Shown one piece after another: positions 10,191 to 18,958 of a stretch of DNA of 64,000 bases; positions within the stretch are counted from its first letter, which is position 1; each line of letters starts with the position of its first letter. The position numbers were made by a program, and so were the translations under genes. This stretch comes from Armatimonadota bacterium. Its GTDB lineage: Bacteria; Armatimonadota; UBA10988. Under the pieces are notes generated by a model. The model made no database searches. It saw nothing but the letters and a program-made list of their open reading frames with translations, and had not been told where the DNA came from. The stretch lies in contig JACRKZ010000008.1 in the NCBI GenBank assembly GCA_016235455.1, positions 32,001 to 96,000 on the forward strand, given 5' to 3'.

Positions 10191-10321
10191 TCGCCAGGCG
10201 TTTGGACAGGTAGGCGCCTGTCTGGGCAACATAGGTCGGAACCATCGGCCCCCGAACGCTGTCCGAGTCGAGCAGCAGGCGCATCAGAACGCAGTCGTAA
10301 GGCTGTGAGCGCGCTCGGCGG

Positions 10322-10350
10322 TTGTGAGCGTCGGGGGCCGATGTTATACT
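10322..10350 (+). promoter_or_regulatory. sigma70-type promoter for the outer-membrane protein operon
   Basis: TTGTGA-17 nt-TATACT with extended -10 TG. Confidence 0.6.
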
Positions 10351-10416
10351 ACTAAGGTATTCCACTGCCCTGATCCGGCTGCCCGAGCGGCCTGGGCAGG
10401 GCCTGAGGTGACGGTC

Positions 10417-11634
10417 ATGAGGCGCATGGCGCGGGTGGTAATGATGCTGTTGGTCGGCGCTTGGCCGATCGTGGCGTCGGCTGGCCCGTTCGAGACACTG
10501 CCGCGCGGGCATCGGGTCTATGCCGACCTTGCGGCGGTCGACCACGAAGGGTTGTTGTCGGCGGGCTCGGCCTACCAGCCTGGCCGTGCACTGACCCGCA
10601 CCGAATGTGCCATGATCGTCAACGAGACCTGCAAGTCGCTCACCGCACGCGCCGGCGCGCTGCCGACGACCGCCAACAGCGACCCGCGACTGGCGCAGGT
10701 GGTGTCGGCGCTACTGCGACTGATAGACGTGTTCGCGCCCGAGCTCAAGCTGCTCAGCGACGAGATGCCCATGGTCCGCGAGCGCATCGCCGCGCTGCCC
10801 ACCACGGTCTCGTCTCTGGCCCAGTTGCGGCCCGATCGACCGGCGCCCCACGGCGCGGGCGGGCTGAGCGTGGCGCAGCCGCGCACACCGTGGATGCCGC
10901 GCCTGGCCGACTCGGTCAGCCCCATGGCCCCGACCTCGGTTGATCGAACTCCGGCCAGCGGCCTGAGCATGAGCTACCAGCCCATCGTGGCACGCGATCC
11001 CATGGGTCCCAGCAGCCTGCTCAGCGGTCAGGTCTTCGCCGCCGATCTGCGACTGCGCATGGGTGACACCAGCGTGCTCATCGAATACGGACGGTCGCTG
11101 TTCGACCAGCGCCTGGGCGCGGCCGTCACGCCCGAGGAAGGCGCTCGCCTGCGCACCAGCTTCGAAACCGCGCTCACCGACCGGCTGAGCCTCGACCTCG
11201 GCTACAACCGGTTGAGCGGCAACTACCGCCTTTTCACCGCGCTCACACCCGGGCTGGGCGACGGCGCGCTGTCCGGTCTGCAGGCCGGCGTGAGCTGGGC
11301 TGGCCGCCGCTGGCATCTGTTCGGCGGCGCCACGGTGCTCGCACCCGAACACGAACTCAACAGCTTCTACAACATCGTCGGCGGCCAGGTCACCTACAAC
11401 CCGACCGCCAGTTGGTCGGTGGCCTTCGGCTACCAGAGCAACATGCGGCGCTCGCTGGCCAGCTTCGAGGATACCTGGCGCAGCTTCTACAACGCCAAGG
11501 TGGCCTACGCGCTGAACCAGGCGCTGCGTGCCGACCTGCTCTACCGCTTCGACACGGGTGAGCAACGCGGCAACGGTCTCACGCCCGGCAGCGGCGAGCA
11601 CTTCGGCGGCGTGTCACTGTCCGTGGGCTTCTGA
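10417..11634 (+). CDS. OmpM/SlpA-like outer-membrane protein (SLH-like N-terminus, coiled coil, beta-barrel)
   Basis: Signal peptide, GPFETLPRGHRVY...ALTRTECA (SLH-like), LLRLIDVFAPELKLL helix, amphipathic strands, C-terminal Phe (SLSVGF). Confidence 0.7.
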   Translation: MRRMARVVMMLLVGAWPIVASAGPFETLPRGHRVYADLAAVDHEGLLSAGSAYQPGRALTRTECAMIVNETCKSLTARAGALPTTANSDPRLAQVVSALLRLIDVFAPELKLLSDEMPMVRERIAALPTTVSSLAQLRPDRPAPHGAGGLSVAQPRTPWMPRLADSVSPMAPTSVDRTPASGLSMSYQPIVARDPMGPSSLLSGQVFAADLRLRMGDTSVLIEYGRSLFDQRLGAAVTPEEGARLRTSFETALTDRLSLDLGYNRLSGNYRLFTALTPGLGDGALSGLQAGVSWAGRRWHLFGGATVLAPEHELNSFYNIVGGQVTYNPTASWSVAFGYQSNMRRSLASFEDTWRSFYNAKVAYALNQALRADLLYRFDTGEQRGNGLTPGSGEHFGGVSLSVGF

Positions 11635-11636
11635 GG

Positions 11637-13193
11637 TTGGCACACTGGCCCAGCCTCATCCCGCTCCGGCTCTGCGCGCTGGCCCTGGCCACATCGCCGC
11701 TGCTTGCGGCCGGCGGCGTGCAACTGGGTCCCCAGGCGCCGCAGGCCGCCAAGACCGTGAGCTGGGCTGGCCTGCACGCCGAGGTCGTGGCCGACGACAT
11801 CATCACCCACTGGGGCCGCCGCCGCGTCATCGAGCTCAACGGCTCGGCCAAGGTCACCGCCAAGGACCTGGTCGTCCAGGCACAGCATATCGAGTTGGAC
11901 CTGACCGATGACAAGCACGCCACCGTGCGCGGCCGCGGCGCGGTCCGCGTGGTCCGCACCACGGTCGCCGCGGGAGCCGACCGCTACGCCACCGGCGAGG
12001 AAGTGGTCGTCGACATCGACACCCTCACCGGGTACGTCACCGACGCGCTGATCAGCCAACCGCTGCCCTTCCAGCCTAAGCCGCGCGACTTGCTCGACCC
12101 CGATGAACGGCCGCGCGTGGTCAACGTGTCGGCCAAGCGCGCCGCGCTGAACCAGCCCGTGGATCCCGGCACCAAGATCCTGCCCAACCGCTGGGTCGAC
12201 CTGCAGGAGCCGTCAATCTGGATCCCCCAGGGCAAGACCCCGCAGTTCCGCCTGCGCGCGGCGCGCGCGCAGATGCTGCTGTGTGAGCCGGGCTGCCTGG
12301 TCTCCAACGTCGATGTGCTCAAGATGCGCGACGTGCGCTTGCAGCTCGGCGGCCACACCGTGCTACGCCTGCCGGAACTGCATCTCGGCACGGGTGGGCT
12401 GTACTTGCCGTATCTGGGCTACAACAGCACCTGGGGCGTGTTTGCTCAGCAGTCGTTGTCCATCAAGATAAGCGACAACGTGAAGCTGCGCGCCACACCG
12501 CGCCTCGGCACCGTCCAGGGCATCACCGGTACCACCAGCCTGGAGTATACGACCGGCATGGGCCGGCTGGCACTGGCCACGACCTTCCGCGAGCGCACCA
12601 CGCTGCCGGTCAGCCGCGAGACCGTGCAATACTCGCGCTGGCCCGAGGCGAGCTGGACACTGCCCGTCTGGACCGTGCCCAAGCTGGGTGGCGACCTGAA
12701 GGCCTCGGCCGCGGTGGGCATCATCCGCGAGCACGGCACCGGCACGTTCTGGCGCAGCCGCTACGACCTGGGCTGGGCCAAGGCCATCCACCAAGGCCCC
12801 ACGTTCGCCGCGTCGCTACGCAGCGGCGCGCACTGGAGCTACGGCGAGGGCGGCTACATGTACGGCTGGGTTGGTGGTGGCGCCACCATCGAGAAGAACT
12901 TCGCCGAGCGGTTCTGGATCAAGCTCGGTGCCGACTCGCGCTGGGTGTCCGGCAAGACGCCCTACCGGTTCGAGCGCCTGGAGGCGCCGATCACGCTCAC
13001 TGCCGACGCACGCTGGCGCGTGGCCCGGCATTGGGTGCTGGAGGATGCGCTGGGCTACGATGTCGAGCGCGGCCGCGTGATCGACCACAGCACGAGCATC
13101 CTGTACCGCGACCGCCTGCTTGAGTACGGTGTCACCGTGCGCAGCGAGCCCGAGCTCGAGTTCCAGTTGGCCGCCGGCGTCGTAGGATTCTGA
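11637..13193 (+). CDS. LptD-like outer-membrane beta-barrel protein
   Basis: Signal peptide, OstA/jellyroll-like N-terminus (IELNGSAKVTAKDLVVQAQHIELDL), LPYLGYNSTWGVF, beta-strand-rich C-terminus ending in F. Confidence 0.62.
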   Translation: MAHWPSLIPLRLCALALATSPLLAAGGVQLGPQAPQAAKTVSWAGLHAEVVADDIITHWGRRRVIELNGSAKVTAKDLVVQAQHIELDLTDDKHATVRGRGAVRVVRTTVAAGADRYATGEEVVVDIDTLTGYVTDALISQPLPFQPKPRDLLDPDERPRVVNVSAKRAALNQPVDPGTKILPNRWVDLQEPSIWIPQGKTPQFRLRAARAQMLLCEPGCLVSNVDVLKMRDVRLQLGGHTVLRLPELHLGTGGLYLPYLGYNSTWGVFAQQSLSIKISDNVKLRATPRLGTVQGITGTTSLEYTTGMGRLALATTFRERTTLPVSRETVQYSRWPEASWTLPVWTVPKLGGDLKASAAVGIIREHGTGTFWRSRYDLGWAKAIHQGPTFAASLRSGAHWSYGEGGYMYGWVGGGATIEKNFAERFWIKLGADSRWVSGKTPYRFERLEAPITLTADARWRVARHWVLEDALGYDVERGRVIDHSTSILYRDRLLEYGVTVRSEPELEFQLAAGVVGF

Positions 13194-13281
13194 CGACGTT
13201 ACAATCAGTCCAGATTGCGTCGCACGCGGCCCGCGGGCATCGGGCACAATAGGTGCATGAGCATGACTGACGGGGGTTCAG

Positions 13282-13656
13282 ATGGCGACGGTGCTGTTGG
13301 TCGATGACGAGCCCGGTGTGCGGCAAGTACTGCAGGCCTTCCTGGAGCTCGAAGGGTTGTCCGTCATCGAAGCCGGCGACGGCGAAGAGGCCCTGGCCAT
13401 CGCGCTCAGCACGGCCATCGACCTGGTTGTCACGGACATCATGATGCCCCGCATGGACGGCGTCGGCCTGCTCCGCGAGATACGCACCCGCCTGGGCCCC
13501 AGTCTGCCCGTGGTTGTCATCTCCGGTCACCACGATGCCCGCCTGCCGGCCGACCTGGCCGATAGCAGCACCCGCTTCATGACCAAGCCAGTGACGCTCA
13601 ACGGCTTCTGCGGCATGGTGCGCGACCTGCTGGCCAGTTCTCGCTCCGCGCCCTGA
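13282..13656 (+). CDS. single-domain response regulator (receiver)
   Basis: VLLVDDE, VTDIMMPRMDG, VISG, TKPV. Confidence 0.92.
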   Translation: MATVLLVDDEPGVRQVLQAFLELEGLSVIEAGDGEEALAIALSTAIDLVVTDIMMPRMDGVGLLREIRTRLGPSLPVVVISGHHDARLPADLADSSTRFMTKPVTLNGFCGMVRDLLASSRSAP

Positions 13657-13659
13657 ATG

Positions 13660-13695
13660 CGCGACGCCCCGCGGCCGTGGCCGCGAGGCGCCGTG
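13660..13695. terminator. GC-rich hairpin between convergent genes
   Basis: CGCGGCC-gt-GGCCGCG core with flanking pairing; no U-tract. Confidence 0.35.
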
Positions 13696-13713
13696 TCGAA
13701 CTTCTGGGCCACC

Positions 13714-14703
13714 CTACTCGACGATGTCGTCGTAGAACGTCACGATATCGCCCCGCACCTCGGCCTCGTTGTACTCCATGGCCGCGCGCGGATGCTGGTT
13801 CAGCATGCCGGTCAGCAGGTACGGCAGGTCGAAGCCCCAGCGCAGCTTGGCGCGGAGCGGCTCAATGGTGTCTTGCACGCACCGCAACACCGGCCGCAGA
13901 TCGAACTTGGGGTTGTGCAGGAAGGCCAGCAGCAGCTCCATCTGGCAGTTGCCCGCGCCACGACCCAGACCGGCGAACGTCGCGTCGATCATGTCGCAAC
14001 CCCAGACAATGGCCTCGATGGTGTTGGCGAAACCCAGGTTGAGGTTGTTGTGGGCGTGGATGCCCACTTTCTTGCCCTTGGGGTCGCAGACCGCGCGGTA
14101 GCGCTTCACATAGTCGTGGATCTGCTCGGAGTAGAGCGAACCGAAGCTGTCCACCAAGTAGATAGCGCCGACATCGCTCTGGGCCAGCAACGCCAGGCCC
14201 TCGTCCAACTCGCGCTCGGGCACGGTGGACACCGCCATGACATTGACGGTGGTCTCATAGCCCTTGTCCGCCGCGTCCTTGATCATGTCCAGCGCGGTGG
14301 GGATCTGGTGGATATAGCAGGCCACACGGATCAGATCGAGCACACTGTGGTCACACGGCAGCACGTCCGTGTGGTAGTCGCAGCGCTCGGCATCGCACAT
14401 CACCGACAGCTTGAGCGGCGTGTCGTTCTCGCCCACGATGCGGCGCATGTCCTCTTCACGACAGAACTTCCAGTCGCCGGCGCTGCCGGGCGCAAAGATG
14501 CGCTGGCTGGCCTTGTAGCCCAGCTCCATATAGTCCACGCCACTGTCGACGCAGGCCTGATAGACGGCCTTCACCTGCTCGTCGGCAAAGCCATGGTTGT
14601 TCATCAGTCCGCCGTCGCGGATTGTACAGTCAAGGACCTTGATCGATTCTCGGTATCCCACCCAGTCCCTGCCTCCCTGATGGGCCGCGTCATCCACCGC
14701 CAT
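13714..14703 (-). CDS. HMGL-like DRE-TIM aldolase (4-hydroxy-2-oxovalerate aldolase-like)
   Basis: LDCTIRDGG, VDSFGS, GIHAHNN, GLGRGAGNC. Confidence 0.88.
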   Translation of the reverse strand: MAVDDAAHQGGRDWVGYRESIKVLDCTIRDGGLMNNHGFADEQVKAVYQACVDSGVDYMELGYKASQRIFAPGSAGDWKFCREEDMRRIVGENDTPLKLSVMCDAERCDYHTDVLPCDHSVLDLIRVACYIHQIPTALDMIKDAADKGYETTVNVMAVSTVPERELDEGLALLAQSDVGAIYLVDSFGSLYSEQIHDYVKRYRAVCDPKGKKVGIHAHNNLNLGFANTIEAIVWGCDMIDATFAGLGRGAGNCQMELLLAFLHNPKFDLRPVLRCVQDTIEPLRAKLRWGFDLPYLLTGMLNQHPRAAMEYNEAEVRGDIVTFYDDIVE

Positions 14704-14844
14704 CGTTATATCTTCCTTTTCTTCCGCCTAGTGTGCCCCTCTGCCGCCGGGGCGTCCAGGCATTGTACTCCCGAGAGTCAACCCTATCTGGCGAGGAGTC
14801 AGCCCCCGCGCGGCGAACGCCCGCGGCGAAGGTAGAGAGTATCG

Positions 14845-15885
14845 ATGGCAGTGAACCAGTCGTTTGTCTACAACATGCTCCACGACGACGCCTTGGGGGT
14901 CGAGCGGCTGCTGGCGGCCGCCGCCGAGATCGGCTACAAGGCGGTCGAGTTCTGGGGGCGCGATAGCGTGCCGTTCGACGAGTTGGTCAAGCTGGCGCCC
15001 AAGCACGGCCTGCGCGTGGCCACCATGGTCGGCGGCGGCGGCTTCAACGACCCCAAGAACCACGACCAACTCGAGGTCGACGTCAAGGCGGCCATCGATA
15101 TTGCCGCGGACAACGACATCCCCGGCCTCATCGTGCTCAGCGGCAACTGCGGCGGCATGGACAAGTGGACCGGCCTGCGCAACTGCGCCGCGGGCCTGCG
15201 CCGGCTGGCGCCCTACGCCGAGGCCAAGGGCGTCAACCTCAACATGGAACTGCTCAACTCCAAGGTCGACCACGCCGACTACATGTGCGACGAGACCCTG
15301 TGGGCGGTGACCCTGTGCGATCTGGTCGCCTCGCCGCGGGTCAAGATCCTGTACGACATCTACCACATGCAGATCATGGAGGGCGACCTCTGCCGCACCA
15401 TTGGCCGCTACGGCAGCTACATGGGCCACTACCACACCGCCGGCAACCCTGGCCGCCGCGATATGGACGAGACCCAGGAGATCAACTACAAGGCCGTCAT
15501 GGCCGCCGTGGACGCCAGCGGCTACGAGCTGTACGTCGGCCACGAGTTCCGGCCCAAGGGCAGCGACGCGACGACAGGGGCACGACCCTTACTCCGGTCG
15601 TGGCAGAAGGGCGGCGTCCCAGTGCCAGCCGAAGCAGGGCTGCGAGGTGGCAGATCAGGAACTCCAGGTCACCCGTGGATCTCCTGCCCCGTCGGCCCAT
15701 CCTCACCCTCGCGCGCCAGTTCCAGCAGGCGTGAGATCACGGTGTCTACGGACTCCGGCGCCTCGGGCGCCAGGTCGGTGCGTACCGAGCCGGGATTGAA
15801 GGTGTTGACGCGGATGCCCAGCGGCGCCAGCTCTTGGGCCATGACGCGGGTCAGCGCGTCGAGCGCGGACTTGGAGACGCTGTAG
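14845..15885 (+). CDS. hyi: hydroxypyruvate isomerase-family TIM barrel; homology ends near 15565, aberrant read-through tail
   Basis: VEFW, MELLNSKVDH, LYDIYHMQIMEGDL, HYHTAGNPGR, GHEF; the last ~105 codons are non-homologous and overlap the convergent SDR gene by 217 nt. Confidence 0.8.
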   Translation: MAVNQSFVYNMLHDDALGVERLLAAAAEIGYKAVEFWGRDSVPFDELVKLAPKHGLRVATMVGGGGFNDPKNHDQLEVDVKAAIDIAADNDIPGLIVLSGNCGGMDKWTGLRNCAAGLRRLAPYAEAKGVNLNMELLNSKVDHADYMCDETLWAVTLCDLVASPRVKILYDIYHMQIMEGDLCRTIGRYGSYMGHYHTAGNPGRRDMDETQEINYKAVMAAVDASGYELYVGHEFRPKGSDATTGARPLLRSWQKGGVPVPAEAGLRGGRSGTPGHPWISCPVGPSSPSRASSSRREITVSTDSGASGARSVRTEPGLKVLTRMPSGASSWAMTRVSASSADLETL

Positions 15886-16340
15886 GCGCCGTGCAGCGGC
15901 GCAGACTTCTGGGCGGAAGTCACGTTGACCACATGGGAGCCGCGTCGCGCCGCGAGCAGCGGCACCAGCGCACGGGTCATGAGGTACGCGCCCCGCAGAT
16001 TGACCGCCATCACGCGGTCGAACTCGTCCACCGGCAGTTCGTGCAACGGCCAGCGCGGATGACCCGTGCCGGCGCAGTTGAACAGCAGGTCGACGCGGCC
16101 GGCGACTTCGTCAAGGAAGGCCCGCACGCGGTCGACGTCGGGCTCGAAGCTGACATCCGCGCACAGCGGATGGGCCTCACCGCCGGCACTGACGATGGTG
16201 TTGGCCACCTCGCGCAGGACCTCGCGGCGACGCGCCACCAGGATGACGGTCGCGCGCTCCTGGCCCCAGGCCAGCGCCGCGGCCCGGCCGATGCCGCTGC
16301 TGGCGCCGGTCACCACGAGCACCTTGCCGCGCAGGCTCAT
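15669..16340 (-). CDS. short-chain dehydrogenase/reductase
   Basis: TGASSGIG, NCAG, YSVSK, NPGSVRTD. Confidence 0.92.
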   Translation of the reverse strand: MSLRGKVLVVTGASSGIGRAAALAWGQERATVILVARRREVLREVANTIVSAGGEAHPLCADVSFEPDVDRVRAFLDEVAGRVDLLFNCAGTGHPRWPLHELPVDEFDRVMAVNLRGAYLMTRALVPLLAARRGSHVVNVTSAQKSAPLHGAYSVSKSALDALTRVMAQELAPLGIRVNTFNPGSVRTDLAPEAPESVDTVISRLLELAREGEDGPTGQEIHG

Positions 16341-16345
16341 CGCCG

Positions 16346-17680
16346 CTACTCCGCGTCGTCGGTCTTCCAGTCGTAATGACTGTTGCCGATGTGCTCCTTG
16401 TTCGTGGTGTCGCCACGAGTCACCAGGCGGTAGAGCTTGGCGTCGATCTTGGTGTCGCTGATGACCGTCTTCTCCACCTGCAGGCTGATCTTGCGGCCCG
16501 GCACCGTCTTGCCGTACAGCGTGCAGGTCAGCTCCTTGCCATAGAGCGAGTAGCGCACAAACACCGGGGCGCCGGAGTTGTTCCTGAACTTCATGTCGAA
16601 CTGGCCCCAGGCCACCGTGGCGTCGCGCCCGATGGGCAAGTAGCGCACCGGTCGGCTGTGGGTGCGGTAGGTCACGATCTCCAGCCCGGCGAACAGCGCG
16701 GCGTTGAAGAGCGTGCCGGTGACCTGGCTGACGCCGCCACCCAGGCCCTCGACGATCTTGCCGTTCTCGAAGATGTGCGCCACACGGAAGCCACGCGCCG
16801 CGGTGCGTTCGCCGACGGCTTCGTTCATGGAAAAGGTGATGCCGGCGGGGATCAGCACACCGTCGATGGCCGATGAGGCCAGTTTGACGTTGTGCGTGCG
16901 GTCAACTTCGCCAGGGTTGAGGTTGGTGGTGTAGCGCGCCAGCCGCCCGGTGATGCCCGCGAAGGTGGTAGCCGGCACCGTCTGCGGCGTCTTGGTCACC
17001 ACGACCTGCACGCGCATGGTGGCGGCATCCTTGGCCAGCGCGGCAGCCACCTTGGCGGCCGTGGCGGCGGCGTCGAGCTCGCGCTTCATCTCGCCCGGAT
17101 CCACGCGCACCGTCTCGCCGTCGTCGATGATGCCGGCGTTGCGCCCACCAAAGCTGAACTCCGGCTTGAGCGTGACCAGGTAGGCCGTCAACTCAGGCTG
17201 CTTGACCTTCAGCCGTAGCGGCACCCAGGCGTCGCCCTTGGTCGCGGCCAGCAGCATGGCGTCGAGGTCGAGTTCCACCGACAGGTCCTGCCGCGTGCGC
17301 ACCACGCTCTTCACGCTGTCGGTCAGCGTGACCTCCACATCCAGCTTGGGCAGCAGATCGTTGACCAGCTTGTCGCGCGCGGCCGCCACGGTCAGGCCCG
17401 ACACGTCAACGTCGGACACCTTGACCGTGCCCAGCTTGGTGTCCGGCGACAGCGCCGGCGGCGCCGGCGGTGTCGTGGGCGGGGTGGTGGGCGGCGGCGT
17501 CGTGGGAGTCGACGACGGCGGCGTGGCCGGCTTGGTCGGGTCGGGTGCCTCGCTGGGTTTGGGCGGGGTGGCCTTGCCGGGCGCCGGAGCCGGGGCCGGG
17601 GCCGGCGCCGAGTCGGCGGCACGAACCATGGTGGCCAGTCCGAGCAGCAGGAATAGGACAGCAGTCTTGCGCACGTTCAT
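16346..17680 (-). CDS. VanW-family exported protein with Pro/Thr-rich linker
   Basis: Signal peptide, PAPAP/PTTPP linker, RTHNVKLA, FSMNEAVGERT, GLGGGVSQVTGTLFNAAL, GRDATV, DMKFRNN. Confidence 0.9.
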   Translation of the reverse strand: MNVRKTAVLFLLLGLATMVRAADSAPAPAPAPAPGKATPPKPSEAPDPTKPATPPSSTPTTPPPTTPPTTPPAPPALSPDTKLGTVKVSDVDVSGLTVAAARDKLVNDLLPKLDVEVTLTDSVKSVVRTRQDLSVELDLDAMLLAATKGDAWVPLRLKVKQPELTAYLVTLKPEFSFGGRNAGIIDDGETVRVDPGEMKRELDAAATAAKVAAALAKDAATMRVQVVVTKTPQTVPATTFAGITGRLARYTTNLNPGEVDRTHNVKLASSAIDGVLIPAGITFSMNEAVGERTAARGFRVAHIFENGKIVEGLGGGVSQVTGTLFNAALFAGLEIVTYRTHSRPVRYLPIGRDATVAWGQFDMKFRNNSGAPVFVRYSLYGKELTCTLYGKTVPGRKISLQVEKTVISDTKIDAKLYRLVTRGDTTNKEHIGNSHYDWKTDDAE

Positions 17681-17771
17681 GATTAGGAATCATACAACCA
17701 ACACGCGTGCTGGGTAGTCTCTTTTGTAGCGCGGACGCGCCGATCCATCGCGGCGTGCCGGGAGGCCGATC

Positions 17772-18923
17772 ATGTTGAGAGCGAGTTGCTGTCTGAGCCT
17801 GGTGATCCTGGCCACGCTGACCGGCGCGGCCGAACGGCCCACCGGCCGGCTGGCCTACCTGAAGGACGGTGCCGCCTGGGTGCAGGCGCTCGGCTCGCGC
17901 ACCGTCCGCCTGCCGGCCTCCGAAGGCGCGGTGTGGGTGTCCATGTCGCCCACCGACGGCACTTGCCTCTACACGCAGCCGGCCGCCGAAGACACCATGA
18001 CCGTCGTCGTCAGTCGCCCGCCCTATGCCGTCGCCAAGCCGCTGTTGCCCGCCAAGGGCTCCTATGGTCAGCCCGTATGGACGGCCAACGGACTGCGCGC
18101 CTACCTGGCTGCCGGCGACGCAGCCCTGGCCTATGAGCCGGCGCTCGACCAGGCGATCCTCGTGGCCGCGGCGCCGCTGACCCTCTCCGCCGACGGTGAA
18201 CAGGCAGCCTGGCGCACCGACAAGGCCATCCGCCTGCGCAACACCGGCACCGGCGCCGAGCGCGACCTGTTCGGCATTGGCCGGCCGGAGGCGCTGTTCG
18301 CCTCACTGCGCAGCGCGCGCTACCCCAAGCGCCTGGCCGACCTGACCAAGAGCATCGACGCCGACCTGTGGCACGATGCGAGCAACTGGCAGCTCACCTC
18401 GCCTGCGCTCATGCCCGACGGCAAGCGCCTGTTCTTCGCCACCAACGCCGGCACTAGCGCCGGCGCCGCGGGCAACTGCACCTGGTGCCTGTTCGCCGCC
18501 GACACGGCCGACGGCAAGCTCGCCCCGCTCAGCGGCGTCGGCGCGCAGTATGGCCGCGTGCCTCACTGGCTGGCCGTCTCGCCCGATAGCCGCTATCTGG
18601 CCTACCTCGACTCCTATCACGACTCGGCTCTGAGCAACCCCTGCGGCCTGCACCTCACCGACCTGCTCACCCAGGCCGACCGCGAACTGCTCTGGGCCGG
18701 ACACGACACGGAGAAGGAAGCCTGCGTCAGCGACGAAGCCTGCTGGTCGCCCGACAGCCGTTTCGTGGCGGTATCGGTGGCGTGGTATGAGCCGCGCAAG
18801 CTCATCGAGGCGGAGGCGACCGAGATCCCCGCCGGTCTGTTCAACCTGCTCGTCTACGACGTGGCGACGGGGCGCGCGGTCCTGACGGTGCCTGGCGGGC
18901 GTCAGCCGAGTTGGGGTAAGTAG
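17772..18923 (+). CDS. secreted TolB-like beta-propeller protein
   Basis: Signal peptide; PD40-like repeats (SPTDG, SADGE, MPDGKRLFF, SPDSRYLAY, WSPDSRFVA, QPSW); GGAGG RBS. Confidence 0.72.
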   Translation: MLRASCCLSLVILATLTGAAERPTGRLAYLKDGAAWVQALGSRTVRLPASEGAVWVSMSPTDGTCLYTQPAAEDTMTVVVSRPPYAVAKPLLPAKGSYGQPVWTANGLRAYLAAGDAALAYEPALDQAILVAAAPLTLSADGEQAAWRTDKAIRLRNTGTGAERDLFGIGRPEALFASLRSARYPKRLADLTKSIDADLWHDASNWQLTSPALMPDGKRLFFATNAGTSAGAAGNCTWCLFAADTADGKLAPLSGVGAQYGRVPHWLAVSPDSRYLAYLDSYHDSALSNPCGLHLTDLLTQADRELLWAGHDTEKEACVSDEACWSPDSRFVAVSVAWYEPRKLIEAEATEIPAGLFNLLVYDVATGRAVLTVPGGRQPSWGK

Positions 18924-18958
18924 CCCGACCGGTGTAGAATCACCCCTCGGAGCACCCC

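Noticed and set aside
10204-10223. Hairpin GACAGG-taggcg-CCTGTC after the GH172-like gene
   Set aside because: Short stem without a U-tract; too weak to call a terminator.
8094-10232. Long antisense ORFs (712 aa here; also 40614-42596, 38346-39887, 46209-47834, 50425-51975, 25776-27173)
   Set aside because: They mirror well-supported genes on the opposite strand and have no motifs; this is expected from high GC3 codon bias.
17440-17620. Short tandem repeats in vanW (also 61510-61570 and 42370-42420)
   Set aside because: They encode Pro/Thr/Ala or Lys/Asp linkers; there is no repeat-spacer structure, so not CRISPR.
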